This document shows positions 9,836 to 19,173 of a stretch of 64,000 nucleotides of DNA, in pieces. This stretch comes from Saprospiraceae bacterium (GTDB lineage Bacteria > Bacteroidota > Bacteroidia > Chitinophagales > Saprospiraceae). The translations under genes were made by a program, and so were the position numbers. Every line of letters begins with the position of its first letter. Position 1 is the first letter of the stretch. Location: NCBI GenBank assembly GCA_015490175.1, contig WFYJ01000052.1, positions 10,974 through 74,973 of the forward strand, written 5' to 3'. The notes beneath the pieces were generated by a model. It was not told the origin of the DNA. It worked only from the letters and a program-made list of their open reading frames with translations, and made no database searches.

Positions 9836-9995
9836 TGACAATGGTCAATGGTCAATGGACTATAGACTTTTTGATCGAGGAACCGAGGAATGAGCCTGCT
9901 GAAAAAAGTCGGAAAATCATTCAGCTATACAGAGCATCCCCTGAGAATGCACTGAGTTTCACAGAGTTGCAAAACCAAACTCTGAACCATAAACT
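9836..9995. repeat. intergenic mosaic repeat cluster R2
   Basis: Contains (CAATGGT)n gacaatggtcaatggtcaatggactatagac, gaggaaccgagg, and ctgctgaaaaaagtcgg..cagctatacagagc..ctgagtttcacagagttgcaaaacc (a partial family-B unit). Confidence 0.8.
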
Positions 9996-10044
9996 TTCCA
10001 GGCTGCCAACTTCAGATACCTGCACGCTACTTTTTTCAGTAGCA

Positions 10045-11199
10045 TCAGGCCTCTTCGCCTCGCAAGATCTGGCGCGAGATGACGAGCTTCTGGATCTCGG
10101 ACGTGCCTTCGCCGATGGTACAGAGTTTGGCGTCGCGGTAATACTTTTCCACCGGGAACTCCTTGATGTAGCCGTAACCCCCAAAAATCTGCACGGCTTC
10201 GTTGGCCACCTGAACGGCTGTTTCGGAAGCGTAGAGCTTGGCCATGGCCGAGATGGTGGTCGTGCGCATGCCGGCATCTTTCCTGGCTCCGGCTTTGCGG
10301 GTGAGCAGCTCGGCAGCCTGAATCCTGGTGGCCATGTCGGCCAGCTTGAACGAGATGGCCTGGAAGTTGGCGATGGGCTGACCGAACTGGTGGCGCTCTT
10401 TCGAGTAAGCTACGGCAGCCTCGTAAGCGCCCTTGGCGATACCTACGGCCAGGGCAGCGATCGAGATGCGGCCGCCATCGAGGATCTTCATGGCCTGGAT
10501 GAAGCCATCGCCCACCTCACCCAGCACCTGGCTCTTGTGGATGCGGCAGTTGTCGAAAATCATCTCGGCCGTTTCCGAAGCACGCATGCCCAGCTTGTTC
10601 TCTTTCTTGCCCGCCATGAAGCCCGGCGTGCCCCGCTCCACGACAAAGGCCGTCATGCCGTGCTTGTCGAGCAGCTCGCCCGTGCGGGCAATGACCACGG
10701 CCACGTGGCCCGACTTGCCGTGTGTGATGAAGTTCTTGGTGCCATTGAGCACGTAGTAGTCGCCATCTTCCACGGCCACGCACTGCATGCGCGCCGCATC
10801 GCTGCCCGTGTTGGGTTCGGTAAGTCCCCATGCGCCGATCCACTCGCCCGATGCCAATTTGGGCAGATAGCGCTGTTTCTGCTCCTCGTTGCCGAACTGA
10901 AGAATATGATTGGTACACAGCGAGTTGTGTGCCGCCACCGACAGACCGATCGAGCCGCAGACTCGGGCAATCTCCTCGATGATGGTGATGTATTCCTGGT
11001 AGCCCAGCCCCGCGCCGCCATATTGCTCGGGCACGAGCACGCCCATGAAGCCGTACTCACCCATGCGGTGAAACAGATCAATGGGGAAATGCTGGGTTTC
11101 GTCCCATTCCATGACGTGTGGGCGGATATACTTTTCTGCAAAATCGCGCGCACTGTCGCGAATCATCGCGAGATTGTCCAACTGCTCGGTAGTAATCAT
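10045..11199 (-). CDS. acyl-CoA dehydrogenase (short/butyryl-CoA dehydrogenase-like)
   Basis: [34 protein letters not shown]..., [14 protein letters not shown], and C-terminal ...[18 protein letters not shown]. The true ATG is at 11199; the track ORF extends to 11550. Confidence 0.95.
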   Translation of the reverse strand: MITTEQLDNLAMIRDSARDFAEKYIRPHVMEWDETQHFPIDLFHRMGEYGFMGVLVPEQYGGAGLGYQEYITIIEEIARVCGSIGLSVAAHNSLCTNHILQFGNEEQKQRYLPKLASGEWIGAWGLTEPNTGSDAARMQCVAVEDGDYYVLNGTKNFITHGKSGHVAVVIARTGELLDKHGMTAFVVERGTPGFMAGKKENKLGMRASETAEMIFDNCRIHKSQVLGEVGDGFIQAMKILDGGRISIAALAVGIAKGAYEAAVAYSKERHQFGQPIANFQAISFKLADMATRIQAAELLTRKAGARKDAGMRTTTISAMAKLYASETAVQVANEAVQIFGGYGYIKEFPVEKYYRDAKLCTIGEGTSEIQKLVISRQILRGEEA

Positions 11200-11317
11200 T
11201 GCACTTGTTTTGTTGGCATAAAATTCAGGAAGCGGCGTGAAGATAGGCCTCCATCGGCATGGATTGCAAACGGCAGGTCTTCGCGACGCCTGACAAAGCA
11301 AACCCGGCCGGCGGCGC

Positions 11318-12424
11318 TTACCAGCCCAGCAGGCGGCGCAAGCGTGCATGCACCTCGGTATTGTCCATGATGCCGCCGAAGGCCGCAGCCCCCGGTCCCC
11401 ACGCCAGCAGGGGCACCATCGTGGCGGTGTGGCTGTTGGTCGAGAAAGCTTCGACGAGGTGCCCCATGCGCGAAGGAGGAGGGATGGACATGCCGCCCGT
11501 CTCGTGATCGGCCGTGACCAGCACCAGGGTATGGCCGTCCGCTTCCGCAAAATCGAGGGCGGCCCCGATGGCCTGGTCCAGATCCTCTATTTCCCTGACG
11601 GTGAAATGCAGGTCGTTGGCATGGCCGCCCCAGTCGATCTGCGATCCCTCTATCATCAGGACAAAACCCTGCCCGCCCGCACATGTGGAAAGAAAGCGGG
11701 CGCCGAGGGTCGTAGCGCGTGCCAGCCAATTGCGCCCCGTTTCGGCGGCACTCGGATGGTTCCATGCTGCGAACCACGCAAAGCGACTGGCCCTGCGCAT
11801 CTGCGACCACGACAAGGGCCCGTCTTTGAAGGTCCGTACTTTCATGCCCTGCCACCGCAAGCTGTCCTTGAGGTCGGCCCCGTCTTCGCGCTCGACGAAA
11901 TACTTCAGCCCTCCCCCCACGAGGTAATCAACCCCCGAATGGACGATATCGGCAGCGATGTGGAAGTAGCGCGTGCGATGAGCTTCATGCGCCAGGAAGG
12001 CGGCCGGAGTAGCATGCGTCACCGCAGAGGTCACCACCACGCCCGTACACCCTCCGCGCGCCTCCATCTCTTCGAAAAGAGACCGACAGGGGCGGCCCAG
12101 CGAGTCCACCCCCACGGCGTGATTGTAGGTCTTGCAGCCACAGGCAAAAGCGGTGGCGCCCGCCGCCGAATCGGTGATCAGGTTGTCGGCCGAATGGGTT
12201 TTGACCAGCCCCACTACCTGCATGCGCTCGAAATGCATGGGCTTGCGCCTGCTGAAACGCGCTGCCGTCAACTGGGTCAGGCCCATGCCATCGCCAATGA
12301 TGAGGATGACATTGCGCGGCCGCTCGGCAGCCCGCCCTCCAGGCACGGGCCAGACGAAAGCCACGCCACATCCCCATATGGCCAGCGCAAGGAAGTAAAG
12401 ATTTCTTTGCAAAAAATCACTCAT
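11318..12424 (-). CDS. alkaline phosphatase (PhoA family), secreted
   Basis: Signal-like N-terminus, [10 protein letters not shown] and [13 protein letters not shown] (Ser nucleophile region), and GGHAND near the C-terminus. Confidence 0.9.
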   Translation of the reverse strand: MSDFLQRNLYFLALAIWGCGVAFVWPVPGGRAAERPRNVILIIGDGMGLTQLTAARFSRRKPMHFERMQVVGLVKTHSADNLITDSAAGATAFACGCKTYNHAVGVDSLGRPCRSLFEEMEARGGCTGVVVTSAVTHATPAAFLAHEAHRTRYFHIAADIVHSGVDYLVGGGLKYFVEREDGADLKDSLRWQGMKVRTFKDGPLSWSQMRRASRFAWFAAWNHPSAAETGRNWLARATTLGARFLSTCAGGQGFVLMIEGSQIDWGGHANDLHFTVREIEDLDQAIGAALDFAEADGHTLVLVTADHETGGMSIPPPSRMGHLVEAFSTNSHTATMVPLLAWGPGAAAFGGIMDNTEVHARLRRLLGW

Positions 12425-12476
12425 GAGCCGTCAACTGTTGAAGCAACCCGGTGTTTCCGTTCGTTGTCCCTGAATT

Positions 12477-12689
12477 GGTGGTGTCCTTAAATAGATGATC
12501 GCGCATCCCTGAAATGGACCGGCTGCAAAAAGGTGTTGCGTATAGGGTTTAAAGTTTAAGGTTTAAGGTTTAAAGTTTTTCTTGTTGACTTTCAGTTTTT
12601 TGTCAAATCCTCGGTTCCTCAGCTATTGAAACCGCAGCCTTCGGCCGCAGAAAGTGCAGTCTGAAATCAGTTAATCGGGGACACTACCT
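12477..12689 (+). mobile_element. complete MITE-like unit (family A, about 213 bp) with terminal inverted repeats
   Basis: Left end GGTGGTGTCC (12477-12486) against right end GGACACTACC (12679-12688), 9/10 complementary. Interior: ttaaatagatgatcgcgcatcc..ggaccggctgcaaaaagg, (GGTTTAA)n, ttgtcaaatcctcggttcctc, accgcagccttcggccgcag. The direct repeat CTGAATT flanks it at 12470-12476 and 12690-12696. Related copies lie at 24392, 42159 and 62513 (reverse). Confidence 0.6.
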
Positions 12690-12812
12690 CTGAATTGAAC
12701 CTGTTGGATACAACGGCCGGCCTGTTGAAGCCCGAAAACGATGCATTCATCGAACAATTGTCGCGCGCATCGTGCACAAGGGCACAAATTTGCATCTGAA
12801 AAGCGAAATGCC

Positions 12813-13847
12813 ATGAAAACCCGCACCGCTGCATACGCCCTGATGCTGATTCTGTGCGCAATCGCACATTCGTCGGTCGCCGCACAGGACAAGCCCAGCC
12901 TCATGGACGTGCTCCAGCACGTGGACCTGGCACGCATCGAGGTGCAGGCCGACCTGAGCCGGCTGATGAGCGACATTCAGTCAGCTGAATGGGTGCCCGC
13001 CAGCGTGGTGGTGCGTGCAGGCAGCTTCCGATACACATTCGAGGGCAGGATCCGCCTGCGCGGCCGTTTTCGGCGCATGAACTGCGATTTTCCGCCCCTC
13101 AAGCTCAAAATTCCCAAATCGCAACTGGCCGCTGCCGGCCTCGAGCCCGAGTTCAACGACTTCAAGATCGTCACCCACTGCCTCGACGACCGCTATGCCG
13201 GCAACGCACTCGTCTTGCGCGAATACCTGGTCTATCGGTTCTACAACGCCCTCACTCCCAACAGCTACCGCACCCAACTGGCACGCATGACGTGGGTGGA
13301 CCAGGGCGCCGGCGGCAAGAAGATCCGCCGGTTCGGCTTCCTCATCGAAGACACTGACGAGCTGGCCGCGCGCCTGCACGGTGTGGAAGAAGAGAAGTTT
13401 GGCCTGGCCGGTTCCCGGCTTTCGCCAAACGACACCCGTCTGCTGATGCTGTTTCAGGAACTCATCGGCAATGACGACTGGGACCTGCAGATGGCCCGCA
13501 ACGTCAAATTCATCTACGTGCCCGAACAAAACTGGTACGTGCCGGTGCCCTACGATTTCGACTTCGCCGAGTTCGTGGCCGCCCCCTACGCACGACCCGG
13601 TGCCAAACCCACCCACCTGAGCAGGCACCAATCGCTACAAAACGGCCTGTACCAGAGCCATGTGGCCAGATATTTGCTTGCCAACAAGCAGGTACTTGCC
13701 GAAATCATCAGCTCCAACAGATTCTTGCCCGAATCGGAGAAGGAAACGCTCTTGCTGCGGCTCATGGCGGCCTACAAGCGCCTGGAGCAAAAAGTGCTGA
13801 CACCCGAGGCGCCCGAACAAAAAAAATCCGCAGCAGTTGTGGAATAA
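12813..13847 (+). CDS. secreted hypothetical protein
   Basis: ATG at 12813 gives MKTRTAAYALMLILCAIAHSSVAAQ, a signal peptide. The 344-aa ORF is protein-like and I do not recognise the family. Confidence 0.75.
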   Translation: MKTRTAAYALMLILCAIAHSSVAAQDKPSLMDVLQHVDLARIEVQADLSRLMSDIQSAEWVPASVVVRAGSFRYTFEGRIRLRGRFRRMNCDFPPLKLKIPKSQLAAAGLEPEFNDFKIVTHCLDDRYAGNALVLREYLVYRFYNALTPNSYRTQLARMTWVDQGAGGKKIRRFGFLIEDTDELAARLHGVEEEKFGLAGSRLSPNDTRLLMLFQELIGNDDWDLQMARNVKFIYVPEQNWYVPVPYDFDFAEFVAAPYARPGAKPTHLSRHQSLQNGLYQSHVARYLLANKQVLAEIISSNRFLPESEKETLLLRLMAAYKRLEQKVLTPEAPEQKKSAAVVE

Positions 13848-13912
13848 TAAACTGAAAATCATCGTTGTTCCGACATCACAACCATTGACAGTTTCATACA
13901 CATCCAATTTTT

Positions 13913-13937
13913 GGCCCGGGCAATGCCCGGGTTTTTT
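13913..13937 (+). terminator. rho-independent terminator
   Basis: CCCGGG (13915-20) / CCCGGG (13926-31) hairpin with loop caatg, followed by T6 (13932-37). Confidence 0.6.
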
Positions 13938-14034
13938 GTTGGTCGCTGCAAACAATCGCGCTCAGGCCCATCCTTGCTGCCGACTGTGCCGGCAAGGGAA
14001 AAAATTTCCCGATTCAATTCATTTATTTGCAGCC

Positions 14035-14592
14035 ATGAAAAAGGGCGCATCGTCACGCAAACCGCTGTATTTCGTCGCCACGCTACCACCCTACATGGTA
14101 CGCGAGGAGGTGCACGCCATGAAAAAAGAGATCGCACACACCTGGGGCCCCCGACACGCCCTCAAATCACCTCCTCACATCACGCTCGTCCCTCCATTCC
14201 GCTGGCCGGAACGCGACGAGGAGCAACTCAAGGAAGCACTGCACCGGTTTGCCTGCCACCAGCACAGCTTTCCGGTGGTGCTCGAAGACTTCGGCCGCTT
14301 CGACAAACGCGTCATCTACATCCGCATCCGGCACAATGCCGCCCTGGCTCGCCTGCACTACGACCTCTGCGCCTGGCTCGAACAAAAGGTGCACCTCCAC
14401 TGCAAAGACCGGCGGCCCTTTCGCCCGCACATGACCCTGGCACATCGCGATCTGACCGAGGAGCTGTTTCCCCGAGTGTGGGAAGCATTTGCCGAAAGAC
14501 GATACCAGGCGCATTACACTGCTTCTCACATTGCGCTGCTCAAGCACAACGGCAAATTCTGGGAAATCGAAGCCGAGTATCCGCTTGGATGA
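14035..14592 (+). CDS. 2H phosphoesterase family protein (LigT/ThpR-like RNA 2',3'-cyclic phosphodiesterase / 2'-5' RNA ligase)
   Basis: Two H-x-T-x motifs at the expected spacing (PPHITLVPPF and PHMTLAHRDL). About 185 aa, ATG at 14035. Confidence 0.85.
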   Translation: MKKGASSRKPLYFVATLPPYMVREEVHAMKKEIAHTWGPRHALKSPPHITLVPPFRWPERDEEQLKEALHRFACHQHSFPVVLEDFGRFDKRVIYIRIRHNAALARLHYDLCAWLEQKVHLHCKDRRPFRPHMTLAHRDLTEELFPRVWEAFAERRYQAHYTASHIALLKHNGKFWEIEAEYPLG

Positions 14593-14639
14593 GGGCACGC
14601 GTACGATTTCGGAACTCCCATTTCCTGCCTTCGCTTTTA

Positions 14640-14745
14640 CACTCACTTCACAGGCAGACGCGCTGCCGTGCGTCTCTACCTCAATCTCTCCGTCACTCCT
14701 CACTCCATCACTCTGTCACTCCCTCTCAAAATTCCCGGACCGGAT
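14640..14745. repeat. intergenic mosaic repeat cluster R4
   Basis: Contains ggcagacgcgctgccgtgcgtctctacc (hairpin module), a CT-rich ctcactcc-type tract, and aaaattcccggaccgg. Confidence 0.75.
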
Positions 14746-14786
14746 TGCGCTGGGTACATGCACGCGCACCCCGCCTGCAGGCAAGT

Positions 14787-14824
14787 CTTTCATTTTGAAA
14801 AAAGCGCCCCTTTCAAAATGAAAG
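14787..14824. repeat. perfect 14-bp inverted repeat with a 10-nt spacer
   Basis: CTTTCATTTTGAAA (14787-14800) and TTTCAAAATGAAAG (14811-14824). Confidence 0.8.
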
Positions 14825-14968
14825 GGTCCGGAAGTTCCGGCCAGAGACACATTTTTCAACAATCCCACTCAAAACACTGTGGATCAACAACAAACAGCTT
14901 TGCCCGCTCAAAAGCCGGCACAGGCGGAACGCTATTGGTCATGGCAAAGGCAAACAAACAAATGCGTG

Positions 14969-15091
14969 ATGTGGCAAGTGTGGTTTTTCGGCATTCTGTT
15001 CCTCCTGCTGGCCTGCGCCGGATGGGTGTTCACACTTGCCGACCGGCACGACCGCTCATCCTTTTCCTCAAATAAAAAACGAGAACCATGA
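14969..15091 (+). CDS. possible 40-aa single-pass membrane micro-protein, translationally coupled to the sigma factor gene
   Basis: ATG at 14969 gives MWQVWFFGILFLLLACAGWVFTLADRHDRSSFSSNKKREP. Its TGA (15089-15091) overlaps the sigma factor ATG (15088-15090) as ATGA. No homology evidence is available. Confidence 0.3.
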   Translation: MWQVWFFGILFLLLACAGWVFTLADRHDRSSFSSNKKREP

Positions 15092-15603
15092 CCGCACTCG
15101 AGTTCAATCATTACTTCTCGGAGATGGAACACCAACTGCTTCCCTTCGCCCTGCGCATGACCAAAAATCTGGAAGACGCCCGGGATTTGCTGCAAGAGAC
15201 GGCCATGCGGGCATGGTTTCACAAGGACAAGTTCGAGGCAGGCACCAACTTCAAGGCCTGGGCGACCACCATCATGCGCAACACTTTCATCAACATGTAT
15301 CGCAAAAAGCGCAACCGCGCTACCAGCAGCGAGCCCTCCGACAGCCATGTGTTCATAAACGAGCGCCACGCCACCGACAACGAAGCCCACAGCCACATCA
15401 TGATGGACGAGCTGGCCCGCATTGTGGACAGCATCGGCACTACCTACAGCGTGCCGTTCATGATGTTCTACCGGGGATACAAATACGAGGAAATCGCCGA
15501 GGCGCTCGACATCCCCATCGGCACGGTCAAGAGCCGCATCTTCACCGCGCGTGAGAAGTTGCGCCAGGCCATCCAGCAGCGCTTCCCCGACTTCAAGATA
15601 TAG
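15088..15603 (+). CDS. RNA polymerase sigma-70 family (ECF-type) sigma factor
   Basis: Region 2 (EDARDLLQETAMRAWFHKDKF..FKAWATTIMRNTFINMYRK) and region 4 HTH (YKYEEIAEALDIPIGTVKSRIFTAREKL). Confidence 0.9.
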   Translation: MTALEFNHYFSEMEHQLLPFALRMTKNLEDARDLLQETAMRAWFHKDKFEAGTNFKAWATTIMRNTFINMYRKKRNRATSSEPSDSHVFINERHATDNEAHSHIMMDELARIVDSIGTTYSVPFMMFYRGYKYEEIAEALDIPIGTVKSRIFTAREKLRQAIQQRFPDFKI

Positions 15604-15633
15604 CCCACAAGCCAGTGACTATAGACACCTTCG

Positions 15634-15669
15634 GGTTTCTGTCGCCTCGGCGTGGCAGAAACCTTTTTT
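15634..15669 (+). terminator. rho-independent terminator after the sigma factor gene
   Basis: GGTTTCTG..CAGAAACC hairpin (15634-15663) followed by T6 (15664-15669). Confidence 0.7.
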
Positions 15670-15711
15670 CTTTCGACCTTGCACATCCATCAAGACAGCT
15701 CCCTGTGAGGC

Positions 15712-17658
15712 ATGCCTGAGTCGAACCGTTGGGATACGTGGTCGTCAGCCATCAATGAGCACCTGCATCAGGGTGTGGCTTTCCTGCAGCGCGTCTTCCG
15801 CGAGGTGTGGGAGGAGTTTCGCGCTCCGCTCGTGTTCGTGAAGACCAAAATCAGGCTGGCCCTGCTCATCCTCTTCGGGGCCATTGCGCTGCTGGGTGGT
15901 GTGGGTTCATGGGCGCTCAACAGCATCAGCGAGCAGGCCGTCCAGATGATGGAAGAGAATTACCAGACGATGGCCTACACGCGCGAGATGTCGATGGCCC
16001 TTACCGAGATGGTGCAGGTGGTGGCCTTGCAGCAGAGCACCTCGTCGTTTCGTCGCGTCAACCTGCGCAAGGCATTCGACCGCTTCGAGCGCTATCTGGA
16101 GCTGTTGCGCGAGCAGGTGGCCGAAGGGCAGGAACGCGAACTGCTGCTGCAGGTCGAATCGGGCTTTGCCATGCTGCGCGGCAATTTGCAGGCCTTGCAA
16201 AATACGCGCGACCTGACGCCGCAGGTCTATATCCAGTTGCTCAACCTGCAAGATCTGCTCGAATCGGTCTATCAGCTCAACGAGGCGGAAATCAAGCGCA
16301 AGTCGGCCGAAGTAAAGGCCATGGCCGACCGCGTGTCGCTGTTCATGATCATGCTCGGCCTGGTGTTTTTCATTTTCGCGCTGTTGGCCATGTACTACTT
16401 CCCGCTGTACATCACCCGACCGGTGGCCGAGCTCCACCACGGCATCGAACAGATTGCGGCCAAGAACTACAGCGAGCGGCTGGACATGCCGCAAGCCGAC
16501 GAATTCGGACAGTTGGCACGGGCCTTCAACGAAATGGCCGAGCGCCTCGAGCAATACGAAAAGCTGAACTACGTGCAGTTGCTGGCCGAAAAGCGACGCA
16601 TCGAAACCCTGATCAACGAAACGCGCGATGCCATCTTCGGCATGGACAATGAAGGCATCATCCTGTTCGCCAACCGCGCTGCCCTCGACCTGTTGGGCGC
16701 ACAGGACGAAAACGAAGTGGTCGGGCACCATCCCTCAGCACTCCTCAATCGCTTTCCCCTTACGGAAAAAATTTTTCACGAAATCATTGAAGGCCGCCCC
16801 ATCACTTCCGACATGACCCTGCCCGGCATCGCCCTCGACCAGTCGCAAACGGAGCTCTACTTCAGCAAAGACGTGCTGGTCGTGCACTCGGAAAACGACA
16901 ATGGCAAGTCGCCCTTCGGCTACCTGGTAGTGATGAAGAACGTGACCGAGCTGAAAAAGCAAGACCTGGCCAAAACGCGCTTCATGGCCACCCTCTCGCA
17001 CGAACTCAAAACGCCGCTATCGGCCATCGGCATCTCCTTGCGCCTGTTGCAGGATCATCGCGTCGGCCCCCTCAATGCCGAACAGGAAGAGCTGGTGCGC
17101 ACCATCCATCAAAATGCCTCGCGCCTGCTGCAAATGGTCAACGAAGTGCTCGACATTTCGCGCATCGAAACGGGCAAGGAAGCCTTCGAGCCGGCCGCAC
17201 ATCCGCCTTGCCAACTGGCACGCCAGGCCATCGCGGAAACCCGAACCCTCGCACGCGACCGCAAGGTGCGGTTGACCCTTCAATGCGACACCCACAGCGA
17301 GGTGATGGCCGACGCCCGAAAAACAGTGGCCATCCTGACCAACCTGCTCACCAATGCCATTCGGTACTCGCCCGAAGGCGACACGGTGCACGTGCACGTC
17401 ACGCGCCGCGATGGAGAAATCCTGTTTTCTGTAAAGGATAACGGCCCGGGCATCGCACCCGAAGAGCTGCCACGACTGTTCCAGCGCTACGAAAGACGCA
17501 GGGGCGACCGCACCAGAGGCACCGGCCTGGGCCTGGCCATCTCACGCGAGTTTGCCGAAGGGCAAAACGGTCGTATCGAAGTGCACAGCAGGCCCGGCGA
17601 AGGAAGCACCTTCACGCTCGTACTGCCCACAGCAGCAGAAGGGAGAGGGAGGGAGTGA
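15712..17658 (+). CDS. sensor histidine kinase (TM sensor - HAMP - PAS - HisKA - HATPase_c)
   Basis: H-box ATLSHELKTPLSAI, N-box LTNLLTNAIRYSP, G-boxes VKDNGPGI and GTGLGLAISREF, with HAMP and PAS-like segments upstream. The stop lies inside a (GGGA/GAGT)n microsatellite. Confidence 0.9.
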   Translation: MPESNRWDTWSSAINEHLHQGVAFLQRVFREVWEEFRAPLVFVKTKIRLALLILFGAIALLGGVGSWALNSISEQAVQMMEENYQTMAYTREMSMALTEMVQVVALQQSTSSFRRVNLRKAFDRFERYLELLREQVAEGQERELLLQVESGFAMLRGNLQALQNTRDLTPQVYIQLLNLQDLLESVYQLNEAEIKRKSAEVKAMADRVSLFMIMLGLVFFIFALLAMYYFPLYITRPVAELHHGIEQIAAKNYSERLDMPQADEFGQLARAFNEMAERLEQYEKLNYVQLLAEKRRIETLINETRDAIFGMDNEGIILFANRAALDLLGAQDENEVVGHHPSALLNRFPLTEKIFHEIIEGRPITSDMTLPGIALDQSQTELYFSKDVLVVHSENDNGKSPFGYLVVMKNVTELKKQDLAKTRFMATLSHELKTPLSAIGISLRLLQDHRVGPLNAEQEELVRTIHQNASRLLQMVNEVLDISRIETGKEAFEPAAHPPCQLARQAIAETRTLARDRKVRLTLQCDTHSEVMADARKTVAILTNLLTNAIRYSPEGDTVHVHVTRRDGEILFSVKDNGPGIAPEELPRLFQRYERRRGDRTRGTGLGLAISREFAEGQNGRIEVHSRPGEGSTFTLVLPTAAEGRGRE

Positions 17659-17905
17659 GGGAGTGAGTGAGTGAGTGAGTGAGTGAGTGAGGGAGGGAGG
17701 GAGGTACCAACAGTGCCGGCGCTGCGTCAGTCTGCGGCTGAAAGCTGCAGTTTCAATGAGTGAAGAACCGAGGAACCGAAGAACCGAGGATTTGATTCGA
17801 GAGCCCGCTTCAGTTACACAGAGCGCCACTGAGTACGCACTGATTTTCACAGAGTTGCAAACCCTGAACCCTGAACCCCAAACGCTCAACGCGCAACCAT
17901 CGCAA
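17641..17905. repeat. intergenic mosaic repeat cluster R5, including a (GGGA)n(GAGT)n microsatellite at 17641-17703
   Basis: Contains gggagtgagggagtgagtgagtgagtgagtgagtgagtgagggagggagggagg, ctgcgtcagtctgcggctgaaagctgcag, (GAACCGAG)n gatttga, cagttacacagagc..cacagagttgcaaa and ccctgaaccctgaacccc. Confidence 0.85.
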
Positions 17906-18000
17906 TCGGGTTTTCCGAAAACCACTTCGAAGCGCGCACAAAAAAACGGGCCGCGCGACGCATGGCACGCCACACGGCTCGTTGGCCAGGCAGGCGCTGC

Positions 18001-19143
18001 TCAGAGGTGTTTGAGCAATTCGCGTTCGATGGCGGCCGCGCCGCGCAGTCCGATGGCCACGATCTTGCCTTCGCGATCGATGAGAAACGACTTGGGAATG
18101 GAACGCACCCCGTAAAGGGCCGCTGCCGACGAATCCCATTTCTTCAGGTCGCTCACATGGTAAGGCCATTCGAGGCCGTCGTCTTTGATGGCTTTCACCC
18201 AGCGTTCCTTCGATCGCTGGATGAACTCGTCGAGCTGCTCCTTGCTCTTGAAACGCGCGGCGGTACGGCTGTCCACGCCGTCGAGCGACACGCTGAACAC
18301 GGTGAAGCCGCGATCCTTGTACTTTTTGTACACCTGCACGACGTGCGGATTCTCGCGACGGCACGGACCGCACCAGCTCGCCCAGAAATCGAGCAGGACG
18401 ACCTTGCCGCGCAGGTCGGAAAGGCGATAGATGGTGCCATCGGGCGACGGCAGGGCGATATCGGGGGCAGGCGCTCCGATCCTGATCTTTTCGGCGGCCT
18501 GGCGCTGCAGGGCGCGTTGCTCGAGGCTGCCTATGTACTGGGCAAAGATGGTCGCGTAGTCGCTACCGGGCATCTCCTGCTCCAGGCGTTCGGCGGCCTT
18601 CTTGTAGATGCCCATGAACTGGGGATTGTCGCCCAGCGCCTGCACCGCGAGGTACATGCCCAGCAGCGGATTGGGCCAGGTTTCGACGATCTGTCGTATC
18701 TGGTCGGAAGTGACGGTACGCGCCATGAGCCCCTTGACGGTCTCGATATATTTTTCAGTGTCTTCCGATCCCGACACCTTGTAATCGTAACGCTGCAAGG
18801 TCGTCAGGTCGCCATCGATGCGCACCTTGTCTTCATTGCCGTTGAGGATCAACACGATCTGCTTGGCGCCGATGCGCAGCCGGTAGATGCCCTTGCCCGG
18901 GTGCTCCTTCAGTTCGAAACGGAAGTGGCCGCTGGCATCCGTTTCCGTCTTTTCGAGGGCAAGGATCTGACTGGTGTTGGAAAGCGTGGTGCGGTCGAGA
19001 TGCACACTCAAATTGGGCGCATTGGCAATCTGCCCTTCGATGACGAGTCCGCCCGCAGGGCCGTCGCTACCGCAAGCCACGAACAGAAAGGCCAGGGCGA
19101 ACATCGCAGCCCAGGCGGAAAAGTGTTTCTTCACTACAGACAT
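18001..19143 (-). CDS. TlpA-family thiol:disulfide oxidoreductase lipoprotein (thioredoxin-like, AhpC/TSA fold)
   Basis: The WASWCGPCRRENP active site lies in the C-terminal half. ATG at 19143 gives MSVVKKHFSAWAAMFALAFLFVACGS, a lipobox. Confidence 0.9.
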   Translation of the reverse strand: MSVVKKHFSAWAAMFALAFLFVACGSDGPAGGLVIEGQIANAPNLSVHLDRTTLSNTSQILALEKTETDASGHFRFELKEHPGKGIYRLRIGAKQIVLILNGNEDKVRIDGDLTTLQRYDYKVSGSEDTEKYIETVKGLMARTVTSDQIRQIVETWPNPLLGMYLAVQALGDNPQFMGIYKKAAERLEQEMPGSDYATIFAQYIGSLEQRALQRQAAEKIRIGAPAPDIALPSPDGTIYRLSDLRGKVVLLDFWASWCGPCRRENPHVVQVYKKYKDRGFTVFSVSLDGVDSRTAARFKSKEQLDEFIQRSKERWVKAIKDDGLEWPYHVSDLKKWDSSAAALYGVRSIPKSFLIDREGKIVAIGLRGAAAIERELLKHL

Positions 19144-19173
19144 GGCATTCCTTTTTTCAGGCCAATATTCCAA

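Noticed and set aside
5323-10044. An integrated genomic island or prophage at tRNA-Lys
   Set aside because: There is no integrase, no phage genes, no visible duplicate of the tRNA 3' end on the far side of the helicase gene, and no obvious compositional break. Only the tRNA proximity is suggestive.
17641-17703. Phase variation of the sensor kinase through the (GAGT)n/(GGGA)n microsatellite
   Set aside because: The stop codon is the first TGA of the tract, so almost all repeat units lie downstream of the CDS. Slippage would not shift the reading frame of the kinase.
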